From: Mycoplasmoides pneumoniae FH
GTDB lineage: Bacteria; Bacillota_I; Bacilli_A; Mycoplasmatales; Mycoplasmoidaceae
Assembly (NCBI RefSeq): GCF_001272835.1
Contig: NZ_CP010546.1
Span: forward strand, 242,809-274,808
Direction: 5' to 3'
DNA: 32,000 nucleotides
In this document: piece after piece, positions 20,601 to 30,133 of the stretch
How the letters are laid out: every line of letters starts with the position of its first letter
Numbering within the stretch: the stretch's first letter is position 1
The notes under the pieces: generated by a model
Databases searched by the model: none
What the model saw: the letters and a program-made list of their open reading frames with translations, nothing else
What the model was told of the DNA's origin: nothing
Made by a program: the position numbers and the translations under genes

Positions 20601-20784
20601 GTTCAATTTGGAAATCCCAATGCAAGGTTCCTTACAACTTTACAGTAGTAGTGTTATCTTCCCATACGGTATTTATGACACCAGTGTTCAAGATGCTACG
20701 AAGATTGTGAAGCGTCTGAACTTTACTGACATGGGCTTCAAACTCAACGATCCAAAACCTAACTTCTGGTTCGTTGGTTTTTAG
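17692..20784 (+). CDS. 116-kDa surface antigen P116 (lipid-acquisition protein)
   Basis: Track ORF 17692-20580 continues through two in-frame TGA codons (...[22 protein letters not shown]...NFWFVGF) to TAG 20782-20784, giving 1030 aa. It has an N-terminal hydrophobic anchor ([23 protein letters not shown]) with no lipobox Cys. Sequence and length match my recollection of M. pneumoniae P116 (MPN213). Confidence 0.9.
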
Positions 20785-21245
20785 AGCAGACTAACTACTA
20801 TACTGATTAAGCTACCTAGAAGGTAAAGCGAGAAGTTCATCCACCAAAACCCGCGGGTTTGTTTACGGTAGGATGAACTTTTTGCTTTATACTCGTCAAA
20901 ACTAATGTTGGGCTTGGCGTATATACTACCTAGTTTTAGATATTGGTTAAACTTGCTAATTTCGTACCGTGCTCCATCACAGGTCTTTAAGCGCACTATA
21001 CCTTGGAGACACACAAGCAATCAAACAACGACAAAACTAACAACACAACTGTTTTTCAGAATTAGGTTAATGTTGTTAGTTTTATTGAAAAAAACGGTTA
21101 AATTCAAAATGGCGAAGAAAAGCACAATGTAAATTGTGCTTACTATTAACCCGCCGTATTCACGCGGCTTCGAATTTGTGGTTTGTGTACCTAACATGTA
21201 CTTACTAGTATCGTTTTTTTGTAGAATGTTTTGAACCACTAACAA
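20781..21245 (-). CDS. Hypothetical 154-codon membrane protein ORF, convergent with P116
   Basis: Minus-strand track ORFs 21021-21245 and 20781-21020 are in the same frame and separated only by TGA (plus-strand TCA 21021-23). Joined, they give 154 codons with three hydrophobic segments ([64 protein letters not shown]). The start would be TTG 21245 or a downstream ATG. An open frame this long is unexpected by chance in AT-rich DNA, but it contains plus- and minus-strand terminator-like hairpins. Confidence 0.35.
20833..20884 (+). terminator. Probable intrinsic terminator of P116
   Basis: AAGTTCATCC (20833-20842) pairs with GGATGAACTT (20871-20880). This encloses a perfect 14-nt palindrome AAACCCGCGGGTTT (20847-20860). 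It is followed by a T run ending at 20883. Confidence 0.5.
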
Positions 21246-21289
21246 TGTTTTTAGCGACTAAAATGCTGTTTGACTCCGAGTGGAAACCG

Positions 21290-21295
21290 ATTATA
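21290..21295 (-). promoter_or_regulatory. Perfect TATAAT -10 hexamer on the minus strand
   Basis: Plus-strand ATTATA at 21290-21295 reads TATAAT on the minus strand, about 45 nt upstream of the TTG start of the 154-codon ORF. Overlapping it on the plus strand is TATAAA (21292-21297), facing oppB. Confidence 0.3.
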
Positions 21296-21380
21296 AATCG
21301 CGTTTCCCTGTAGCCATCTGCACTTTTAGTTGGACTGGTTACATCAAATCTTTCAGGTAACCAGAATATTAGCATGCTGA

Positions 21381-21413
21381 GGGACCTGAGAACCAGGTTC
21401 CTTTTTCTTTTTT
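21381..21413 (+). terminator. Strong intrinsic terminator 15 nt upstream of the oppB start codon
   Basis: GGGACCTG (21381-21388) pairs with CAGGTTCC (21394-21401): 8 bp with one G-U pair and a 5-nt loop. It is followed directly by TTTTTCTTTTTT (21402-21413). Confidence 0.65.
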
Positions 21414-21427
21414 ATTAGTATTCGAAA

Positions 21428-22642
21428 GTGTTCAAGTATATTATTAAACGTTTGGGTTTGGCAGTGTTAGCGATGTTTATCGTGATGACCATTGTCTTCT
21501 TTTTGGTTAACTCCACAGGTCAAACGCCCTTATCAGCAACCTCTTCTAAGGATTTGGAGGCTGTCAAAACACAACTAGATGCCTTTGGTTTTAACGATCC
21601 GTTAATTGTGCGATATGGTCGTTACTGACAAACCCTCTTTTCAGGTAGTTTGGGTACTTATTACAGCTCCCCGAACCAAACAATTGACCAAATTGTCTTT
21701 GGTCGGGTACCTAACACCCTTTACGTTGTTTTAATTTCTTTCTTTATCGGCTCTTTGTTGGGCATTATCTTCGGGATGATTTCCGGATTATTCCGTGGCA
21801 AGTTAATTGATGCGGTAATTAACGTGCTCGTTGTTTTATTTGTTTCGATTCCTTCCTTTGTGGTTGGTTTAGGTTTACTTAAGGCAGCTGGTTTGTTCCG
21901 TTTACCACCGCGCTTTATTAACTTCGATGATGCTAACTTTAACTTTGGTAACTTCTTGTTAGCCTCCATTATTCCTATTTTATCCTTGGTATTTTACACC
22001 TCAGCGGCCTTTACTTATCGGGTACGGAATGAGGTCGTGGAAGTAATGAACCAGGACTACATAAAAACAGCACGTAGTAAAGGTTTGAGTACTTTTGCTG
22101 TAGCGCTTTACCACATCTTCCGTAACTCAATTATTCCTTCTGTACCTTTATTTGTCTTTGGGATCTCTGGTGCCTTTTCGGGTGGTTTTATTATTGAATC
22201 CTTATTTGGTGTTCAGGGGGTATCACGGATCTTAATTGACTCGGTGCAAAGTAACGAAACTAACCTCGTGATGTTTAACATTATGTTCATCCAGGGGATT
22301 CCCTTACTAGCAAGTGTCTTCATTGAGTTGATTTATGTCCTAGTGGATCCTAGGATTCGGATTGCTAGTGCCGGTGGGGTGAGTCTGTGAACTAAGCTTA
22401 AGTTTGTTTATTTACGCCAAGCTTGATTGCGTAAGTGAAGACGGATTAACCACACTAATTCCCACAATGTGTTGTTCAATTCGCCCCAACACCGCCAGCT
22501 GTTAGAGCTCAAAGCAATTGATTACAAGCACAATACCATTAGCTTAACTGAACAGCAAAAAACCACCCTTAAAATTGAACCAACTGCTAACTTTGTTTTG
22601 TTAGGAACTAAATGTTTAAAGATTATTACGATCCATGGATAA
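21428..22642 (+). CDS. oppB: Oligopeptide ABC transporter permease OppB
   Basis: GTG 21428 gives the canonical OppB N-terminus MFKYIIKRLGLAVL. The first in-frame ATG is at 21473, 15 codons later. Track ORFs 21428-21628 and 21650-22390 are in the same frame, and the frame continues through three more TGA codons to TAA 22640-22642, giving 404 aa from the GTG. Binding-protein-dependent permease signature (IKTARSKGLS...) and VDPRIR are present. Confidence 0.88.
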
Positions 22643-23765
22643 GCACCAAAAATTTGACCAAAGCCTGTTTCAACGGGTAGACATTAATGTCTTAAAACGC
22701 TCTGACCAGTTGATTGGCAAACCAACCACTAACTTTGTCGAAATTATGAAGCGGTTGTTCCAAAATAAGTGAGCAATCCTCTTCTTTTTACTGATTGTGC
22801 TAATTATTTTGTTAGCCATCATTGTACCCTTAGCATCACCTTATTCAGCCGTTACTCCAGTATCGAACAACGCTTTGGCACAGAACCTACCACCACGATA
22901 CCTCTGGAACGGCGCGGGTGACATTCAAGTAGAGAAAATTACGGCACGCTCGATTGCTGAAGTGGCCCAATCAAGTGGTGTTTTGGTAGGGAAATTACCG
23001 GAGGCAAGTAGCAATCCACTCGCTACTAACGTTAAGTACAACATTGCGCCTTACCAACTAGCAGAGCTGAAAAACTACTATCCATTATTAGGCACTAACG
23101 GTTTAGGGGTTGATATTTGAACTTTACTGTGAGCCAGTATGGCCAAGTCACTCTGAATTGCGATTGTGGTAGCCTTAGTTTCAATGGTCTTCGGCACCAT
23201 TTACGGCGCGATTGCTGGGAGCTTTGTTGGACGCGCTGCTGACAACATTATGAGCCGGATCATTGAAATTATTGATTTGGTTCCTTCAATTCTCTGGATC
23301 ATTGTCTTGGGAGCAACATTCCGCTTTGGTGGGGTAAAACAATTTGATGACAGTGTGGTGATCTTTACCTTAATCTTTGTCTTTTGGACCTGACCCGCTG
23401 CTACCACAAGGATCTACATCTTAAAGAATAAGGATACGGAGTACATCCAAGCAGCGCGTACCTTAGGAGCAAAACAAATTCGCATTATTTTTGTCCACAT
23501 GCTACCAGTTGTAACTGGTCGTTTAGCAGTCGTCTTTGTGAGTTTGATTCCCGCTGTGATTGGTTATGAAGCATCACTGGTTTTCTTAGGGCTTAAACCT
23601 GCTACCGAAGTGGGACTTGGTGCTTTATTAAACCAGGTCACCAGTAGTGGTAACATAGCACTGATTACCAGCTCAATTGTGAGCTTTGCAATTCTCACCG
23701 TTTCGACCCGCGTGTTTGCTAACGCTTTAAATGACGCAATTGACCCACGGGTAATAAGGAGGTAA
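22635..23765 (+). CDS. oppC: Oligopeptide ABC transporter permease OppC
   Basis: ATG 22635 overlaps the oppB stop (ATGGATAA). Track ORFs 22797-23120, 23166-23393 and 23499-23765 are all in frame 3 and joined by TGA codons, giving 376 aa. Permease motif EYIQAARTLGAK and C-terminal DAIDPRV are present. Confidence 0.9.
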
Positions 23766-23766
23766 T

Positions 23767-25038
23767 ATGGCACTAAAAGCAACTAATTTTTTTACAGAAC
23801 CAGAGTACAAACTGCAGGATGATTTGATCTTAGACATCCGTGATCTTCACGTGAGTTTTAAGGTTAAAGACGGCATTATGCAAGCTGTCCGTGGTGTTGA
23901 TCTCAAAGTCAAAAAGGGCGCCATTGTCGGCATTGTGGGCGAATCTGGTAGTGGTAAATCGGTCTGTGTTAAGTCGATTATTGGCTTTAACGATGGCGCA
24001 AAAACGACCGCTAAGTTAATGAACTTTAAGAACATTGACATTAGCAAGATTAAAAAGCACCAGTGACAGTACTACCGTGGCACGTACGTGTCTTACATTT
24101 CCCAAGATCCACTGTTCTCGTTAAACCCCACCATGACCATCGGTCGCCAGGTTAAAGAAGCGATTTATGTGTCGTGTAAGCGCCGATATTACCAAACTAA
24201 GAGTGACCTCAAATACGATTTGCAAACAGAACGAATTGACCTGGACACTTACAAGGAAAAACTAGCACAAGCCAAGGAAACTTACAAAGCTAAAACGACT
24301 AAGGCGGCGGTCCATGCAAAAACGCTAGAAATCCTTAACTTCATTGGCATTGACCAAGCTGAAAAGCGCTTAAAGGCCTTTCCAAGTGAGTTTTCCGGGG
24401 GAATGCGGCAACGGATTGTGATCGCGATTGCCGTAGCCACCGAACCGGATTTAATTATTGCCGATGAACCGACCACGGCGTTGGATGTGACCATCCAAGC
24501 GAAGGCGTTGAACCTAATTAAACAGCTGCGTGACCTGCTCAACATTACCATTATTTTTATTAGTCACAACATCTCGTTAATTGCTAATTTCTGTGACTTT
24601 GTATACGTAATGTACGCTGGTCGATTAGTGGAAAAGGGCTTAGTTGAGGAAATCTTTACCAATCCGGTGCACCCCTACACTTGGGCATTAATGGCTTCTA
24701 TCCCTGAAGGTACGGACAAAAACGCTCCGCTAACCTCAATTCCTGGGTATATTCCCAATATGTTATCCCCGCCTAAGGGCGATGCCTTTGCAGCGCGGAA
24801 CCAGTTTGCACTTGCCATTGATTTCGAGCACCAACCGCCGTTCTTTGATGTAACGGAAACTCATAAGGCCGCTACCTGGCTACTCCATCCCCAAGCACCG
24901 AAGGTAGAGATGCCCGCCGATGTCAAGGAAAAGATTGCCATTACCCGCAAAGCACTCGCCATTAAAATGCCATCTCAACCTGTAAAACAACCAAAAAGCA
25001 ATGGAAACAAAAAAACAAAAACAAAATCCGCTCGTTAA
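23767..25038 (+). CDS. oppD: Oligopeptide ABC transporter ATP-binding protein OppD
   Basis: ATG 23767 lies 5 nt after AGGAGG (23756-23761). Track ORFs 23767-24066 and 24088-25038 are in the same frame, giving 423 aa. Walker A GESGSGKS, signature FSGGMRQR, Walker B IIADEPTTALD, and the Opp C-terminal motif HPYTWALMASIP are present. Confidence 0.92.
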
Positions 25039-27556
25039 TGTTAAAGCCTTGAGCATGTTGTTCAAGGTCCGCGGTAGCTTCTTTAAAGCCTTAGATGAAA
25101 TTGACTTTACCGTCAATGAAGGTGACTTCTTTGGGGTCATTGGCGAATCGGGTAGTGGTAAGTCAACCACGGGGAAGTGTTTAATCCGGTTAAATATCCC
25201 GAGTGGCGGTAAGGTGGAAATTGCTAACCACCTTATTTCTGGTAAAAAACTAACGCGCGAAAACGACCACTGGTTAAAGCAAAACGTGCAGATGGTCTTT
25301 CAAGACCCATACTCTTCTTTAAACCCTACCAAGAATGTTTTAACGGTCATTTCCGAACCGTTAGTAATTACCAAAACGGTGTATGGTGAGGTAAAGGAAT
25401 ATCTTAAAACGCTCGCTAAACTGTCCTTTAAAACCAAGAAGGAATTGTTAAGGGAAGACTTTGAACTGGAAACCCAGTTTTACGAAAAGTTCTTTTCAAA
25501 GGTACTGTTTCACTTAGAAACTACGATTAACAAGTTTGCCCTACTCCAAGAGAGTAATAACAATAGTTCAGCCGAGTTAGCACAAACCATTTTGGGTCAC
25601 ACTGATGATCTAATTGAAGCATTACGGCAAGAGTTCGGTCTGGTCTATGAGTTTTCCTCATCCCAAAGCGAACCGCTACAAAAGGCCCTCAAAGACAAAC
25701 AGGAAACCTTAGCACAGGACACGATTGACAAGTTAAAGCAAGAGCTGTATACAACGCAGCAAAAAGCTAAAGTTTCCACCCAGGCCTTTGCTACTTGACA
25801 AAAGTTGCAACAAACTAAGCAGAACTTAAAAGCGTACCGTGCCCAAATGGCGGAAGAGTTGCAAAACAAACCACGGATTTACCTCAATGCATGGTTGTTA
25901 ACAACGAAGAACTACATTAAGGATTCACGCCAAAACACGCAGTTAACTGACGATGTCTTTGCTTTTTCTTACAACGACATGGTCGACAAAAAGCGCCGCT
26001 TAGTGTTAGTGTTATCGGAGTATTACAAGGCGTTGCCGTTCTTTTATGACAATTGGATCCACCAGAACGCCGATCGTTTTGATGAATTGACCAACGCAGT
26101 CTTCTTTGACTTGATTGATGTGGTGATTGCCTTAAACCGTGATTTTGCTAATGTGGAGAGTGACGCTAAGGCCGAGTTAATCCGTTTTGTTCAGTTTATC
26201 CGTCGCTTGTGTGACTTACGCTTTGCTGCTTTGAAAAAGAGTTTTAAGAAGCAAACTAACTATAGTTTTGACTTTAACCGCGAAACCGAGTTGTTATACG
26301 CCAACAGCTGTTATGACATTAAGGAGCTCCCCCAAGTAATCCAACCATACTGGGAAAAGCTCTTTAGTGATGCTAACTATGACAAGATTGCCAAATCAGT
26401 GCAGGAACTCAACGATATTATTAGCACTGACATTGAAAAGGCATCGAATATAGCCAGTGAAATTAATACCAAGATTAGTAGTTTTAAAACTGAAATTGCG
26501 GAGTTAAAAGCTACCTTTAAAACAGAAAAAAAAGCAGAAGATCACAGTGCCCAAATTACTGGCTTAAAAACGCAAATTGCTGAAATTCAAACGCAAATCA
26601 AGCAGCAAAAACGCGAAGTCCAAAGTACCGAAAAGGCCGCTTTAAAACCAGTATTAAAGCAGTACAAGAGTGCGCTGCACCTCTATAAACGCTTTAAACA
26701 GTTGTTACGCCAATTTACCAAGCAGTTAAACCTCCTTGTCAAAAAACAGCAGGAATTAGAAAAGATTGAGGAAGGCTTGGATCTAACCATTTGAGAGCGG
26801 ATCCAACTGTTGTTCCACCCGGTCGAAGGTGATCTCAAGAGTGAACTCAAAACACGCTTAAAGTCGTTTGGGGTGATTAACTTTGAGTACAAACGGGCTG
26901 TGCGTGAATCCCGTGTCTTTCGCTTAGTCCACTTTGGTCATGACGTGATGAAGTGAGGATTGTTCTTACCATTGACCAAGATCTTCATGCGTAACAAGGT
27001 GTATGAAGCATTAGACAGTGTGGGCCTCAAACGCGAGCACGCTTATCGCTATCCGCACGAGTTTTCTGGGGGTCAGCGGCAACGGATTGCGATTGCCCGC
27101 GCTTTAATTACCAAACCTAAGTTAATTATTGCAGATGAGCTTATTAGTGCTTTGGATGTATCCATTCAAGCGCAGGTGATTAACATCTTGAAGGACTTGG
27201 CTAAAAAACACAACTTAACGGTGCTCTTTATTGCCCACGACCTTTCGATGGTACAAACAGTGTGCAACCGTTTAATTATTATGCACCGCGGCAAAATTGT
27301 GGAACGGGGTAGTACGGATGAAATCTTCGCGCACCCGGTCCACCCTTACACCCGTTCCTTGATTAAGGCATCGCCAAAGTTGAGTAAGATTAACATTGAC
27401 CTAGCCTCCTTTGACGAGAAGTTTACGTATGACAGTGATTATTCACTCACGAATATGCCAAGCTTCTTGAAGGTGCCAAATACCCAAGAACACGAGTTGT
27501 ACTGTACTCAAGGCCAGTTTGACAGTTGGATCAAAGGAGCAAGTCGGATAAATTAA
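25001..27556 (+). CDS. oppF: Oligopeptide ABC transporter ATP-binding protein OppF with a very large internal insertion
   Basis: Track ORFs 25001-25798, 25805-26794 and 26960-27556 are all in frame 2 and joined by TGA codons, giving 851 aa. Walker A GESGSGKST (about 25145) and Q-loop VFQDPYSSLNP (about 25300) are separated from the signature FSGGQRQR (about 27061), Walker B IIADELISALD and HPYTRSLI by roughly 530 extra codons. Confidence 0.92.
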
Positions 27557-27611
27557 TTTAAAATTTCTAGCAAATTGTGGGAGCTAGTTTAGCGTTATTA
27601 CCACACCAATT

Positions 27612-28025
27612 ATGGCAAAAAAGACTATTACAAGAATCGCTAAGATTAACCTCTTAGGCGGGCAAGCAAAGCCCGGTCCCGCACTCGCATCTGTTGGGAT
27701 TAACATGGGTGAATTCACCAAACAATTTAACGAAAAAACCAAGGACAAACAGGGCGAAATGATCCCCTGTGTGATCACCGCTTACAACGATAAGTCGTTC
27801 GACTTTATCTTAAAAACTACCCCAGTTAGCATCTTGCTTAAGCAGGCTGCAAAACTGGAAAAGGGGGCGAAAAACGCCAAAACAATTGTGGGTAAGATTA
27901 CGATGGCCAAGGCCAAGGAAATTGCGCAGTACAAGTTAGTGGATCTGAACGCTAACACCGTGGAAGCAGCCCTTAAAATGGTTTTAGGTACTGCTAAACA
28001 AATGGGAATCGAGGTGATCGAATAA
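27612..28025 (+). CDS. rplK: 50S ribosomal protein L11
   Basis: 137-aa ORF with the typical L11 N-terminus ([39 protein letters not shown]). Confidence 0.95.
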
Positions 28026-28705
28026 TGGCTAAACTATCAAAGAAAATGAAGATAGCTGTTGGTTTGGTCGATAAAACCAAGCTGTACCCGCTCCAAGAAG
28101 CAGTTGATTTAGTCAAAAAAACTTCAATTACCAAATTTAATGGCTCAGTTGATATTGCCGTTAGCCTTAATTTAGACACCACCAAGGCGGAACAACAGCT
28201 CCGCGGTGCGATTGCTTTTCCTCACAGTGTTGGCAAACCAATCCGTATTCTAGCGATCACCGATGATGAAAAGGCGGCACTGGAAGCAGGTGCTGACTTT
28301 GTTGGTGGCATTGACAAGATCAATGACATTAAAAACGGTTGACTAGACTTTGACCTGATCATCACTTCTCCAAAGTTTATGGCCGCATTAGGTAAACTCG
28401 GGAAGCTGTTAGGTACCAAGGGTTTAATGCCTAACCCAAAAACAGAAACCGTTACTGATGATGTTCCAGCTGCTGTACGCGCTTACAAGAAGGGGAAAAA
28501 GGAATACCGCGCTGACAGCTTTGGTAACATCCACATGTCCTTAGGCCGCGTGGACAGTGCGTCCAACCACTTGGTTGAAAACGCTTTGGCACTGCTTGAT
28601 CTCATTAAATCACGTAAACCAGCAACCGTTAAAGGAATTTACATTAAGAACATTGCCTTGACCACTACCATGGGTCCGAGCTTAAAGGTTAAGCTCCCTG
28701 ATTAA
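28025..28705 (+). CDS. rplA: 50S ribosomal protein L1
   Basis: The ATG overlaps the rplK stop (TAATG). Track ORFs 28025-28342 and 28379-28705 are in the same frame, joined via TGA (NGWLDFDLIITSP), giving 226 aa. L1 motifs are present (GLMPNPKTETVT). Confidence 0.95.
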
Positions 28706-29271
28706 TGGACAAGTTGCGCCTCGTTGTTGGTTTAGGTAATTTAGGTAAGCAGTACGCTGAAACCCGTCATAACGCGGGGTTTAAGGTAATTGATCGTTTA
28801 CTAAGCCTTTACCATGTCCAGTTAGAGGAACGCAACAACTTAGGTGAATTCATCCTTTTAAGAAAACATAAGGTAGTGTTAGCTAAGCCAAACACTTACA
28901 TGAACCACAGTGGTAAGTTTGTTAAATGAGCTTGTCAAAACTGAAACATTAAACCAGATAAGGTAATGGTGGTTTATGATGAATTAGCCTTCCCGTTAGG
29001 TACTGTTCGACTAAAAATGCAGGGTTCAGCCAACAATCATAATGGCATAAAATCAGTAATTGCGCATTTAAATACTGAACACTTCAACCGCCTCCGGTTC
29101 GGAATTAAGTCCGATAATACTAGTAACATTCTCCATGAAGTGGTAATGTCGGAGTTTACCCCAGCCGAGCGTAATTTACTTGAAACAGCGCTTACAAAAG
29201 CGATTGAAGCACTCAAGGGTTACATTGATGGTGTGACAATGCTTAAATTAATGGAAGTTTTCAATGCCTAA
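28705..29271 (+). CDS. pth: Peptidyl-tRNA hydrolase
   Basis: The ATG overlaps the rplA stop (TAATG). Track ORFs 28705-28929 and 28966-29271 are in the same frame, joined via two TGA codons, giving 188 aa. N-terminal GLGNLGKQYAETRHNAGF and GSANNHNGIKS motifs are present. Confidence 0.93.
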
Positions 29272-30133
29272 AACACAATACATAGCTGGAGTATCAGGTG
29301 GTCCTGATTCAATGTTGTTGTTAAAACTGTACCACAAGAAGATTGCCTGTGTTGTACACGTTAACTACAATAAGCGGACTACTGCACTCCGCGACCAAAA
29401 AATGGTCGAAGAATACTGTAAACAGCTCAAAGTGCCCCTCATTGTGCACACGGTACCTGAAGATACCGTTTGAAAGAAAAACTTTCAAGCACAAGCTAGA
29501 AAAATTCGCTTTGAACAGTTTCAAAAAGCAGCTAGCCTTTATAAAGTAGATAAGCTGCTGTTAGCCCACCACCGCGATGATTTTATCGAACAGGCCAAAA
29601 TGCAGTTGGACGCACGCAAGCGTGCCATGTATTATGGCATTAAAACACGTGGCGAATTGTATGGGATGAAGGTCTATCGTCCCTTTATTAAGTACTGAAA
29701 AAACGAGATCTTAGCCTTGTGTGAAGAACACAAAGTGCCTTATGGTATTGATGAAACCAACGCGCAGCCAATTTACAAACGTAATCAGGTACGCCAGGAG
29801 ATCGCTAACTGATCGAAGGAAGAGAAGGAGGAGTTTTACATTGGTGTGTGCGCCATGAACCGCGTCATTGGTCAAAAGCTCTTTTCCTTAATGAAACGTG
29901 CAAAACAGTGGTTAGCTCATCCTGATGTACGTGAATTAAAGCGTTACCCACTTCCCGATCAACGTCAGTTGGTTTACAGCTTTTTAATTACCCACCACAT
30001 TGATGTAACGGGGGACAAGATTGATGCCATTTTAGACTTTATCCAACCGTTTCAACAAAAGCATTACCGTCTCAAGGATGAGATCTTCTTATCCATTAAA
30101 GACGAACGGCTAACTTTACTGTACAAGAGTTAG
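29264..30133 (+). CDS. tilS: tRNA(Ile)-lysidine synthase
   Basis: ATG 29264 overlaps the pth stop (ATGCCTAA). Track ORFs 29264-29473 and 29846-30133 are in the same frame, bridged by TGA-containing sequence, giving 289 aa. PP-loop motif GVSGGPDSMLLL is present. Confidence 0.88.

Noticed and set aside
20905-21132. 75-aa plus-strand ORF in the P116-oppB spacer
   Set aside because: It starts at a non-ATG codon downstream of the P116 terminator, has no SD, gives a basic low-complexity translation, and lies opposite the longer, more protein-like minus-strand ORF.
27567-27587. Short hairpin CTAGC-(11 nt loop with GGGAG)-GCTAG in the 55-nt leader of rplK, considered as an L1 autoregulatory site
   Set aside because: It has only 5 bp, and I cannot verify from memory any resemblance to the 23S rRNA L1-binding site. 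The evidence is insufficient to call.
6110-29549. Numerous short antisense or off-frame track ORFs inside ptsG, rpsB, pacL, secA, uvrB, P116, opp, rplKA and tilS. Examples: 6110-6313, 8390-8581, 9647-10054, 10164-10487, 11388-11714, 11934-12227, 13357-13725, 14146-14571, 14626-15042, 16463-16789, 17925-18179, 19386-19670, 21721-21969, 24282-24551, 24880-25170, 26683-26892, 27584-27778, 29321-29549.
   Set aside because: Each is fully nested in a strongly supported sense gene. Their translations are low-complexity and unrecognisable. They are typical shadow ORFs.
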